DNA from: Porphyridium purpureum
Lineage: Eukaryota
NCBI GenBank assembly: GCA_008690995.1
Contig: VRMN01000004.1
Coordinates: 1,364,001 to 1,428,000 of the forward strand
DNA: 64,000 nucleotides
Direction of reading: 5' to 3'
Shown: positions 22,541-32,728 of the stretch, in pieces
Numbering within the stretch: the first letter of the stretch is position 1
How the letters are laid out: the number at the start of each line of letters is the position of its first letter
Program-made: the position numbers and the translations under genes
The notes under the pieces: model-generated
The model's database searches: none
What the model saw: only the letters and a program-made list of their open reading frames with translations
Told to the model about the DNA's origin: nothing

Positions 22541-23092
22541 TTACTCCTGAGGGGCTGCCTCGTTCTGAACCTGCGCTTTCTGGATCTGTTCTTCCAAGCG
22601 AGCCAGTCGCAGAAGTTCAATCTCCTTCGCCTTCACGAAAAACTGGGAAGACCTTTTCACAAGTACGGTCAATTTCTCGCTCGATTCGGCTATTTTCCTG
22701 CCCCCGCCGGCAGTCATGTTGGAGTTCTTCGGGACCAAGGAGACTCTTGTCTCGCCAGTGGTTGAGTATCCATCTCGCTCCATGTACAAGGCAATACGCG
22801 CGGCAAGTGGCATTGCACCTCCGACGGCCTCCACGGAAACCGTATCATGTTCTTCGAGTTGCTTGCGCAGCCTGGCCAGTGCGGGTCCCAGCTTCTCGTC
22901 CCTTTTGATGTAGAACGGGCGTCCCCGATCCATCGATGCGCCATTTGTCTTACTTACTGGCGAACCTGGACTGCTCGACGGTTCGGCGTCGTCGCACTGG
23001 GCGAGCCGCGACGATGCGATGTTAGCCCGCGGGACGCGGGCCCATCGGGCGTACCGAGCGGCACCGCGCACCGCCTGAATCATGGCCAACAT
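22541..23092 (-). CDS. Divergent Alba-domain protein with mitochondrial-type presequence
   Basis: LEEHDTVSVEAVGGAMPLAARIALYMERDGY...KLTVLVKRS fits the Alba fold pattern. The N-terminus MLAMIQAVRGAARYARWARVPRANIASSRLA is Arg-rich and acid-free. Confidence 0.65.
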   Translation of the reverse strand: MLAMIQAVRGAARYARWARVPRANIASSRLAQCDDAEPSSSPGSPVSKTNGASMDRGRPFYIKRDEKLGPALARLRKQLEEHDTVSVEAVGGAMPLAARIALYMERDGYSTTGETRVSLVPKNSNMTAGGGRKIAESSEKLTVLVKRSSQFFVKAKEIELLRLARLEEQIQKAQVQNEAAPQE

Positions 23093-23722
23093 GACGTCCT
23101 GCCGCTCCTAATCCCTCTTTCCAGCTCGCTCCCGTGACGCTGACTCGTTTGCAAAAGGCGATCCCGGCCCCGTCCAACCGAGGCCGTGCTGCCCCCCGTC
23201 GTTTATGCGCGCCACTGGCCATTTAGCTAACACTTACTGTACTACTACAGGACCGCCTTCGAGATCTAACTCTGAGCGGCAGTTACGCCGGCGCATGGAC
23301 GGAAGGTGGGCGCTGCCGAGCGCGTGCCGCATGCGCTCGGCGTGAGGTTTCTGCTCTATGATGCTGGCTTCTCACAGCGCGTCCATGCCGCACTGCGGTG
23401 GGCGCCGCATGCAAGCCAGACACAGAACATCAATACTCACTCGTGCGCTCGGTGCCAAGTGCAAGCTCGCCGCCCGCGGCTGTCGTGTTGATCCGCGCAC
23501 TGCACGTGGATACCTGCGTTCGCGAGGCGAAAGAATCACGTCACAGCCTACAGTAGGCAAAGCGGTTTCGCACCCTCTGACCAGGCTCGCACGTGCAGGG
23601 CGCCTCGCACAGGACATTCAAGCTCGAAGCGCGGCTCCACGTTTGCAACAAGGCACTCCCATCGATTTCAAACGTGGACACGTGGACTGCTGAGGGATAC
23701 CCGCTTTCCAGGTCACAGAGCA

Positions 23723-24244
23723 TTACAACCATGGAAACTTTTTTCCAGCCCTTCTCACGACCATAATCATTTTCGGAACCAGTATGACGCGCTCCTCTTT
23801 CTCATCGCCACCGCGGGAGGAGTTGTGGCTTCGTCGCAACCGACCTCTCCGATTCCTGAGATGGCTGTCGTCTATCCGTTCAACCAAAGAAATAGTTGCG
23901 CTCTTGATTGTAGAACCCTTTTCATGTTGCGTTGTTAAAGCCGCGCGCACACCGACTGGAATCGCGTTTCCAAGAGCATGAACAGAAACGGTATCCGCTT
24001 CTTTCAGGGCGCGGCGCAGCCTACCGAGAGCCGATGCATTGTTCTCGGCCCATCCAATCATCAAGCGCATCCTGCGACCGGGCACGTCCACCAAATCCTC
24101 GACGGAATCGATTCGTATCTTCGGGGGGCTGTCTGTGACAGTCTCCGCCGCCGGGGCAGCTCGGGAGGAGGTGACGGTCGCAAAGGGTATGCGTGCTCGT
24201 AAGGCACGTCGTACCATGCCACGCATGGAAAGCATTTGAATCAT
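23723..24244 (-). CDS. Divergent Alba-domain protein with mitochondrial-type presequence
   Basis: LKEADTVSVHALGNAIPVGVRAA...SATISLV...VPKMIMVVRR. The N-terminus is MIQMLSMRGMVRRALRARIPFATVTSSRAA. Confidence 0.68.
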   Translation of the reverse strand: MIQMLSMRGMVRRALRARIPFATVTSSRAAPAAETVTDSPPKIRIDSVEDLVDVPGRRMRLMIGWAENNASALGRLRRALKEADTVSVHALGNAIPVGVRAALTTQHEKGSTIKSATISLVERIDDSHLRNRRGRLRRSHNSSRGGDEKEERVILVPKMIMVVRRAGKKFPWL

Positions 24245-24824
24245 GATCCAGCCTGATAACTCTCGAATTCTTTCATCTGCGCCGGGAAAGCTCCGCTGCA
24301 GCGCCTTACTTCTCCAGGCCTCCCAGAATGCAGACCAACACCATTTTTTTATTTTTTTTTATTTTTGAGTGTGTCGAGTCGAGGCAAAATCGCCTCTGTT
24401 GCTGGGCTTCGAGAGCCTGCCTGGTGCTTTCGGTCTTGAGCCGTATAGCCTTTTACTTTTTGGAAAGAAACAATTCAGTGTTTAGTGATCGTCGCCCCAA
24501 ATACGTACCGGCAGCTGTCGTTGTGGCCAGCATACATTCATCATTGCGCACATTTGAGCACAGCAAATTTCCGCGGGTTGTGTGCGCGCGAGACATTGTG
24601 TATGCACGTGCACAGTTGAAATGAACGGCACAGCAAATTCATTCACTAGTTCTACGCTCCCAAACTGTTCCGCCCGCGCCACTCGGACCGGGGGAGACCT
24701 CGCCTTTTGGTGCTGACTCCATTGCGCTTCCACACTCAACAAGTGCAGCGCGCGGGCAGGTTTCCCATGAGTTCTATCACTACCACTACTAAACCGCCCG
24801 TCGGTACCACAACTACGGTCTGGG

Positions 24825-25484
24825 TCACGCCTGCGCCTCTGCAGGGGCTGGTACCTCCACTTCAGTTGCAACGGGATCGCCTTCTGCGCCGGTTGATGTT
24901 CCAGCATTGCGCCTCTGGCCCTTACGTTTCGGACCGCCTGCTTCGTCCGCTTTTATGAGCTCATCAAATTCTTTCGTCTTGGTGATCCAGATCTGAATCT
25001 TTGGCTTTGGCGCCCCGCCGTTCTGCTTGTGCTTTGATTTTTCGTTTTCCTTTTTGCTCGAGGGTACTTCACCCTCTGCCCCTGCAGCTGATTCCTCCTG
25101 CTTGTCCTCGGTCCTCCCACTCGCGTCAAGCGCGCTGGTCTCGTCCGCGACAGCCTTGTCTCCGACGCCTGCTTCAGCGCCGGACCCGGACGAAGGCAGG
25201 GCGGCGACGAGCGACGTCTCCACTCGGACGATGCTGACGTACCCTTGCGATTTGAGGATTTCTGCTAGGGTTACCGTTGACACAATTGCGCCGCCAAGTC
25301 CACTGAGCTCGACCTCTTGATGATTACTCAGAAAGCGCTTTGCCAAGTTGAGAAAGAAACTCTGGGGCTTCTTGTCTTTCGACACCTGGATCCTGTTGGA
25401 TCTCATTTTCTCCGGCATGTCCGAGCCTACTGCATCTGCCGGCACAACGACTTCTGCAGCCGATGCCTGTCCGATTTCCGCCAT
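24825..25484 (-). CDS. Alba DNA/RNA-binding protein (Rpp20-like eukaryotic subfamily)
   Basis: NRIQVSKDKKPQSFFLNLAKRFLSNHQEVELSGLGGAIVSTVTLAEILKSQGY...KPKIQIWITKTKEFDELI. First ATG is 25484. Confidence 0.88.
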   Translation of the reverse strand: MAEIGQASAAEVVVPADAVGSDMPEKMRSNRIQVSKDKKPQSFFLNLAKRFLSNHQEVELSGLGGAIVSTVTLAEILKSQGYVSIVRVETSLVAALPSSGSGAEAGVGDKAVADETSALDASGRTEDKQEESAAGAEGEVPSSKKENEKSKHKQNGGAPKPKIQIWITKTKEFDELIKADEAGGPKRKGQRRNAGTSTGAEGDPVATEVEVPAPAEAQA

Positions 25485-26096
25485 CCCTGACTCGTGCGGT
25501 GAAACTTCTGTCTCGACACCCGACCAGTCTGTGCGCTTGGCCCGCAGCTCGCCGAGCTCTGCTGATTGTCGCGGGGAGGCGCTGCGCACCGTCACGTGCA
25601 AGGGCCCGTCTGATTCAGCCACGCAGAGCCTTGCGCGTCGCTTCCTTCGCTTCCGCCCGTCCTCGCCGCTGCCCAACCCGCTCACCACCGCCCGCGTGTC
25701 TCCCCCTCGTGTGCTCCGATCTCAACCAGCCGTCCAGCCGTGTCACGCGCGCACCGCTCAAAACGGGCGCGGGCGAGCGCGGGCGGGCGCGGTACAGCGC
25801 TGTACCTCGCACTGCACCGCGCGGCTGGAGCGGCAGCGCGGCGAGGGGTACGGTGCGGCGCGCACTCGGAGTGATGCTGTGCGTGGGGAAAGGGTGGGGG
25901 GAGTGGTGCGAGGCGGCCTGGTGGGGTGTGTGTGAGCGGGGGAGACGTCGCTGGGTGTGGGGCGGCGGCGGACAGCCGGAGAGCGTGGAACGGTCGCGTT
26001 CGGGAACTTGCACCTCGCATCGGCCGCGTCGGGCACGCGAACGCGCAGAAAGCGACGCGTGGACGCCGCGGCGACAGAAACGAGCGCCGCCCGATC

Positions 26097-28514
26097 ATGT
26101 CGGGCAAGGCTTCGGCCCCAGTGCCGCCGGCCGCGGGCCCTGCCGCCCAGGGCAGGAAGAAAAAGGGAGGAGGCGAGGGAGCACGCGCGCCGGCTGCGGG
26201 AGCGCCTGCGTCCACGACAAAGGCGGAGGGGCCTTTGGCGGGACCAGGCGAGCTTACTGCGCAGCAGAAGAAGGTCATGGTGATGGAAGTGTGCGGGATT
26301 GGATCGGGTGACGCGGTGCAGCTGCTGGAAGAGTGCAACATGGACGAGCAGCGTGCGATCGAGCGTCACTTGGCTTCCGCCTCGGAGTGGAGTGAGGTTC
26401 GTCCGACGAAAAAGCCGCTCAAGAGCGACGTCGCAGACGATCACGCCGTTTCCGACAAGCCACCAAGGAAGGGCAAAAAGGGAGTTCCGGAGGTCTCTGT
26501 TTCAGGAAGGGATCGAAGCGGTGTCGCGCATGAAAATAAACAGGGCCGCGGCGCTCATCAGGGGAGCAGCAATGCTTCAAACAAGGGCAGCCAGACCAAA
26601 GGCGCAGTCGGGACGAGTCGGCGGAACCAAAGCAGCCAGAGGAGCGGCCAGGTCGAAGCAAAGAATAGCACTTCCAATGCCAGAGAAAAGAAGGCCAAAG
26701 CCTCGCGTCGGCCGGCGCCAGGAGATACCTCGAGTGTCTCACTGGAAGTTTCCGCGGAGCATGCGCCAGAAGCTCCTTCCGATCTGGAAGCACCGCAGTC
26801 GCAGGCTACCGGACTTCCTTCGACAGAGAGCGCCCCAAAGGCTTGGCTTGGTAACGGTACCGGGTCTGCACCTTTGGTGGCCGACGGTACAGCGACATCT
26901 GTACCAGGAGCACCTGCCGTGCGAAGCAAGGGCGCTCCAGCCAGTAAGATGAACTTTGCGGCTGCGGTTGCGCGTGGCTCCTTGCAGAAGCAGCAACAGG
27001 AAGAGGAAGAAAAGCAACGACTCGAGAACCAACAGCGACAAATTCTGCTTCTACAAAAGCAAATGGAGCAGCAGCAAGCACAGGCAAAGCAGTCCAAGGA
27101 AGCAGCAGAAGCCAGGTCATCGATAGTTACCTCGACTGCATCCTCGTTAGCCCCAGACGTGCCCACCAAGGCAGGTCCAGGGCCAAAGGCAGGAGCCGAA
27201 AATTCTTTTGGAGACGCAGAAACTCAGGCGAAATTCGTTGATGCTTCGACAGCGAATGCACAGGAAAAGTGGGAAGCAAGCAGAAACGATGCAAGTTTGG
27301 TGGATGACGCGGCGGTGTCTGGTCTCAACCTGCAATTTGGTTCGTTTCCGTTAGGAAATTGGTCGGGCGACGCCTCCAAACAAGAGGAATCCACGGGACC
27401 TGTTCACAGTAACCCGGCAACAGCAAATGCCGCAGTTGCTGCTTCTGCGTCTATCACTGGATCGACCCTCTCGTCTATCCCCACGCAAGAAGTCTCAAAC
27501 CAATCTAGACCAGTGGGAGCCGCCCAAGTGGGGAGTGATGAGTTGCCTACGACATCGCAGGTCGCAACGCCTCCGCTTGCGAACGGTTCACGTTTGCCGC
27601 AGCCTCAGCAGCAGCAACAGCAACAGCAACAAATGCCGCAGTACGCGTCGCAAGCAAACCCGTATTATCAGCTTTCTCAGCCTCAGTATCAGCAGCAGCA
27701 GCAGCAGCATCACTCGAGTAATCCTTACGTGAAAGGGTCCGGCGCAGGGGCACCGGTGAATGTTTCTCCCGGCATTGTTCCGCAAGCCCCGTACAATGTG
27801 TATCAAAACCCTTACAGTATGATGCCAATGCATGGCTACGCATCACCGCCGGGATACTACGGCAACGACTCGCGTACGCCGGGTTCACAGGAGAAAGCGC
27901 AACAAACAGGGGTTCCAGCGGCTGGCGGGTTCATGATGGCGCCTTCAGGCTACATGCAGTACGCGTCGATGTATGGATATGCTCCTGGTCCTACTCCCTA
28001 TGCAGTGCCTGGAAGTCATCCTTACGCGCAATACACAAGTCATCAGGACTCATACGGCCCATACGCATATGGTGCTCCTACGTCAATGGCAGCTGCTGCA
28101 AATGTAAAGCTCCCAGCAGGTCAACGTCCTCTCGTACCAGGAACAGCCGCTGCGGGATCAGAGGAAGCATTCCCATCATCCAAAGGTTACTCTGGAGATC
28201 ATCATGTTCCGTACGCTGGTGGTTACGGCATGGCGTCAGCCATGCCGGGCGCGGCGTCGCTCGGCGGTACATCGTCAAAGCAGCAGCAGCAGCAGCAGCA
28301 GTACGTAGGTGCTGGGACTCATGACGCACATGTGCCGGCCGCGGCTTGGCAGCATTACCAACAGCAGCAGCAACTTCAGCCGCAGTCGCATTCGTACTCG
28401 CAAGCCCAACCGTTGTACCAGCCGGGGACCTCAGACCACAGCAGCTCTAACACAGCCGCGTACGGAGAAAGTGGGAACATGAGCAGTAACAACGTAGGGG
28501 GTTATCCGTACTAG
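26097..28514 (+). CDS. UBAP2/UBAP2L (Lingerer/Def1/GIP1)-like protein: UBA/CUE-like domain plus prion-like Q/Y/P/G-rich tail
   Basis: QQKKVMVMEVCG...LEECNMDEQRAIERHL...EWSEV, the motif SGLNLQFGSF, and a polyQ, Tyr-rich low-complexity C-terminus. Confidence 0.65.
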   Translation: MSGKASAPVPPAAGPAAQGRKKKGGGEGARAPAAGAPASTTKAEGPLAGPGELTAQQKKVMVMEVCGIGSGDAVQLLEECNMDEQRAIERHLASASEWSEVRPTKKPLKSDVADDHAVSDKPPRKGKKGVPEVSVSGRDRSGVAHENKQGRGAHQGSSNASNKGSQTKGAVGTSRRNQSSQRSGQVEAKNSTSNAREKKAKASRRPAPGDTSSVSLEVSAEHAPEAPSDLEAPQSQATGLPSTESAPKAWLGNGTGSAPLVADGTATSVPGAPAVRSKGAPASKMNFAAAVARGSLQKQQQEEEEKQRLENQQRQILLLQKQMEQQQAQAKQSKEAAEARSSIVTSTASSLAPDVPTKAGPGPKAGAENSFGDAETQAKFVDASTANAQEKWEASRNDASLVDDAAVSGLNLQFGSFPLGNWSGDASKQEESTGPVHSNPATANAAVAASASITGSTLSSIPTQEVSNQSRPVGAAQVGSDELPTTSQVATPPLANGSRLPQPQQQQQQQQQMPQYASQANPYYQLSQPQYQQQQQQHHSSNPYVKGSGAGAPVNVSPGIVPQAPYNVYQNPYSMMPMHGYASPPGYYGNDSRTPGSQEKAQQTGVPAAGGFMMAPSGYMQYASMYGYAPGPTPYAVPGSHPYAQYTSHQDSYGPYAYGAPTSMAAAANVKLPAGQRPLVPGTAAAGSEEAFPSSKGYSGDHHVPYAGGYGMASAMPGAASLGGTSSKQQQQQQQYVGAGTHDAHVPAAAWQHYQQQQQLQPQSHSYSQAQPLYQPGTSDHSSSNTAAYGESGNMSSNNVGGYPY

Positions 28515-30094
28515 TTAAATGTGATGCGAGGTTGCTTGAACTCGCGGCTGCAAATATTGTCGAACGCGTGCTTTCGACATTTCTTTGCCATGCATCCCTC
28601 TATTTGTCGTGCCACTATATGAGGAGGATGTGCCCGTCCACGCATAGCAGTCCGTGGCGGATTTGGTCACGACAGGTTTGCCAATGAAAAGAAGTTCTAC
28701 CTTTAATCTTCTCCCCTTTCCTTGGTAGCAGGGAGCACGGTTGGCTTTATGAGCGCGTCGCCGAGCTTGTAATAGTTTATCCGCAGACGTGCCGGTCTCA
28801 GTAGCTGGTCGTTCTTTGTTCTCTTTGGACGTTTACGCGGGCCGGTGCGTGACCGAAGTTTTGCAGTCAAGTTCCACGTATGAGATTTGACCAGAGTTTA
28901 GGAATGAAAGACAGATGCTAGGTCGCAAACAGGTTGGAAGTGTCCGACCTTACCTGAAATCGTCTCCTCTTTCGCTCCCTTGCGACCCGGCATCTTCGCA
29001 ATTGAAACTTTTCAGCAGAGCCGCCGTGAGCTTGAACACCCACAGCATGATTCCCTACAGAGCCGCGGGACGACCACCCGCGCCGGCCCAAGGTGCCCAA
29101 GTGCATGCCGAGGTCGTCAAACTGCTGGACATTGTTGTAGGATGCGGTTGAACCCCCGGAAAGTCATCCTGTTGAACGCCGACCCGCCATTCCGGCCACT
29201 GAGTCCGCCTCCTCGCGAGCGTGATGAATTCAGTTCCACACACTATTCGCATTCTAGGCATCCATCGTAGAGCTTGCTTCGCAGTTGTGAAGATTCGATG
29301 AATGAACTCTGCCTCCGCTTCGCCCTCCAAGAAGGGTGCAGCTCGCGCGAGCGATTCTCCATCAAGGCGCCGCGCGCGGCAGAGTAAAATGCGTCATAAA
29401 AGCCTTGTTCCGCAAGCGCTTTCTACACATGATGACATGCCACAGCGACTGGCCGAGGACGGATGCACTGGAAGTTTCCTCGTGATGCGATCAGAAGTAC
29501 ATGATTCGGTTGCTGATCTCGAAGGAAAAAGCATTAGACCAAGGCTCCCACCAGTGCTCGACAGTTCAGAGTTGCATCGGGTCGATGCGGTCCGCATGAA
29601 AGCCGAAAGCACTAAAGTTTCGGATCGCAGCGCACATTCTCTTCTGCCTGTGCGACGTGCGCGCCGCGAGTCATGGAGCGGCACGGCACCACAGCGAGGT
29701 CGCACGCCAGAGACCAACGGCGTAATGCAGAGATACTGATACCCGCCGCAGGTCGGCGGTCTGTTGCGCCGCGCCGCCACAGTGACATGGCGTGTTTCGA
29801 GAAACAAGTAGCAAACACTTCTGACGAGCGCTGGCGCAGACTCTGGAAACAGTACGTCAGTCGCACGTTGGCGGCGCGCGTGCGCTTCAGGAACGAGCCA
29901 AAAAAATTTTCGCTCCCCCACTGGTACTTTTGAAGCTGTGTCGAAACCAGACCTCATGAGATCATCCACGACCTCGCTCCGATGAAGGAGAACTGTTCGC
30001 TTGAGAGTCATGCATCCTAACCGTTAGACGATGGGGGATTGGATGGAAGAGGAGGGGAAATTTAAATATTATATACAATATTTTGTTTTTCACA

Positions 30095-30490
30095 ACTGGC
30101 ACGAGCCAAATGTAGGAGGCGCGTGTGGCACGACTGGTGCGCTGGTTGGAGAGCAGTGTTGCGCACCGCGTGGTCGATTGGCGCAGGGGGAAAGGACTGC
30201 GACCATGGGCTGCTCTTGCGCGACAAAGTGCATGAAGCAAGTGGGGAGCGTTTGGTTAGGCGCGTCTCGCTGCGATTTCGCAGCGGGCATCAGATTTTGT
30301 CCGCACTCTTGCAGGCGACATCGAGACGCCTGGTAATGGGGGTTCGACTCCTCTGCGGGTTCGCCGGGTTTGCCTTATATTTGCTGTGCGGCGTATCAAA
30401 TGGCCAATCAGCCGGAAGATGTGAACGCCCTCAAAATTTGCGTTTGCGGGCTCAGGCCGTGCGAGCGGCGTAACCCGGCCCGCTAACGCA
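30095..30490 (+). ncRNA. Candidate structured ncRNA of unknown class (limits approximate)
   Basis: Upstream TATA-like tract (30067-30075), at least seven stems, a possible pseudoknot, a B-box/T-loop GGTTCGACTCC, and AAAATTTG followed by a terminal hairpin. No convincing ORF. Confidence 0.35.
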
Positions 30491-30921
30491 TGTTCGCCGC
30501 TTGGGGATTACGCTTTCTTGCGGTTCAGAGCAGTGATGGCAGACAGCTTGGCACGTGCAAAATTTGCTCGTCGTCATATGTGATTGATTCACCAGCTGGA
30601 AGTATGCGCATGCCAAGATCTCTGGGGCTTCATCGGCTTCCGCTTGTGTATCCGATGCGAACGTACCTCCTCGACGTCTTCAAATGATATCATCTGTCTG
30701 GGACTGAAACTTCAAATCATTCTTCTCCTGAGCCGCAGAGTCCATCTGTCCGTTATCGTATACGATGTACTCCATCCGACGCGAGCGCATGTCCTCAGCT
30801 TCTGCGCCGAAGGCCACCTCGTGATGGCTGCACACCTGGTCTGCTCCTCTGAGCACGCAAGGTGCGATTTCTCAAAAATACTCCATCGTTTACTACATTA
30901 CCCGTCCCTACCGAATGCGCA

Positions 30922-31941
30922 TCATTGGGTCAACCAGTTGGAGAAATCCTCTGCATCTGCGCCCGAGATCACCTGCGTGTGACCCAACGCAATTTCGTCC
31001 TCCGCTGGAGGATCTACTGTCATGTCGTCATACATACTCCCGTAGCGGTCTTCCACGGGTTCTAGGCACGTCGGAACCGGCGGATACGGGCCCCCTGTTG
31101 CGGCAAGAATTTTGTAATTTTTTGCACTGTCTGTGATTCGGACCCATCCACCATTCGGTCCAGGGATGCAGCCTTTTATGAACAGCACAGACTTCTTCGG
31201 GTCGACTCGGACAATCTTCAGGCCGAACACTCCAATGCTGTCACCTCCCATGCGCCCTGCCATCTTGGTTCCCTTCGCCACTTTCCCCTTTCGCCCAAAG
31301 GACCCAATGGACCCTGGCGCTCGGTGTGTTTTTGAGCCGTGCGTTGCCGGCTGCCCGGAGAAGCCCCAGCGCTTGACGACGCCCTGGAATCCCTTCCCCT
31401 TTGACGTACCCAACACATCTACTTTCTGACCCACCACAAAGTGCTCGGCACCGATGCGCGTTCCGACCGGTACGAGCGCATCGTCGCTGACGGTAAACTC
31501 GATCAATTTTTCCTTCGTCTCAACGCCTGCCTTGGCGCAGTGAAAACGCAGCGGCTTCTTGGTCAAGTGCGGACGCCTGAAGCCCGCACCAATCTGCATA
31601 TTCCATCTCTTGGTTGTGTTTTGCGCACGGTGGTCGATGTGCATCAGAACATGGCAGCGCTCAACCAGCACGACCGTCACCCCAAAGTGATAACCTGTGG
31701 CCTCGTCGATCATGGACATCATGCCTGCCTTTCTACCTAGCACGCCGCATCGCCGCGTCTGGCGCGTATATGGATATAGCTCGTTTGGGAGCACCGTCAT
31801 TCCTGGCGGCGGGGGCTGCGTCGCGTCCTGAATACGGCCGACGAACGCCCACTTTGACACACCGCGCTGGCCAAGACGTGGAGCCAATCCATTTTGCACG
31901 GGCCCCCGAGCCGTCAACCTCCACAATGTCGCGAGCGCCAT
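30922..31941 (-). CDS. MRPL3: Mitochondrial ribosomal protein uL3m
   Basis: GQKVDVLGTSKGKGFQGVVKRWGF, HRAPGSIG and KMAGRMGG, with presequence MALATLWRLTARG. Confidence 0.92.
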   Translation of the reverse strand: MALATLWRLTARGPVQNGLAPRLGQRGVSKWAFVGRIQDATQPPPPGMTVLPNELYPYTRQTRRCGVLGRKAGMMSMIDEATGYHFGVTVVLVERCHVLMHIDHRAQNTTKRWNMQIGAGFRRPHLTKKPLRFHCAKAGVETKEKLIEFTVSDDALVPVGTRIGAEHFVVGQKVDVLGTSKGKGFQGVVKRWGFSGQPATHGSKTHRAPGSIGSFGRKGKVAKGTKMAGRMGGDSIGVFGLKIVRVDPKKSVLFIKGCIPGPNGGWVRITDSAKNYKILAATGGPYPPVPTCLEPVEDRYGSMYDDMTVDPPAEDEIALGHTQVISGADAEDFSNWLTQ

Positions 31942-32728
31942 GCCCGGCGCCCGATACGTCCCTAGCGTCACACGGAGATGTCCGAAGTTTGTGTGCACGC
32001 CGACGCGGCCTGCGACCAGCAGAGACCTGCGGCGCGCGCAAGACGATCACGCGCACTCGAACAAAGCCTCGACGACGGATTTCCGCCAGGAAAGGGATGG
32101 CCGACCGACGCGGTGACGTGGCTTTGCAGGATCGCCCGCACTGCTCCCCTCGTGTCCAAAAGACCTGCGCGCCGCAAACTCGTATTCTTCACCGCGCTCC
32201 GAGTACTCTGGTTTGCGAACGTACCCGCGCGGACACACGGCAAAGCTGAAATTCCGAGACAGGCGCTGCAAGAGAGGAGCCGCGAAACGAACAGTCGCGC
32301 GGCGTGAGCGGGAGGGACGGAGGGCGGGAGCATTTGTGAGCGCTCACGCATCGTCACCATAACAGAGTGAAGCCGAACAAACCCGGCAAAGCGCGACTGG
32401 TTTGGTTGGCGGGGAAAGGAGGATCAGAGAGCCAGACAAAACGGTACCCAATTCGGCGCCCGAAGACGCGCGGGTTACGGGTCGTCGATATCGTGCGCTG
32501 TCGTGCACACACACACGCGCGCTTGCGTTGCAGGTGTCTCGCCTTGCCGACGTTTAGGACAGAGGTGGTCTCGATTCGACGCGGGACAGATAATTGACGA
32601 AAAAGACAGGCGGTGTGCACGTCAGCGTTTAGTGGACCCGTTGCGTACGATCGAAAGCCGCTGGTTGTGAGACAGGAAGAGAGAGGCTCGCTAGTGATCT
32701 GCTTTTTCGACCATTTCCACTTGGCGTC

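Noticed and set aside
27601..28380. CAG/CAA repeats as a repeat array or CRISPR
   Set aside because: They encode polyQ tracts within the UBAP2L-like CDS. No repeat-spacer array was seen anywhere in the window.
30299..30362. Functional tRNA gene (including a permuted form using GGCCCGCTA at 30477)
   Set aside because: There is no D-arm or canonical 7-nt anticodon loop, and the putative downstream 5' half pairs better locally. Kept only as a tRNA-like module.
30095..30540. Assignment to U1, U5, SRP or RNase P/MRP RNA
   Set aside because: Short resemblances exist (GCCTTATAT, GGAAAGGACTGCGAC, CCAAATGT, TCAGG), but the hallmark elements (ACTTACCTG, looped GCCTTTTAC, CAGG/AGCA, CR-V) are missing or out of order.
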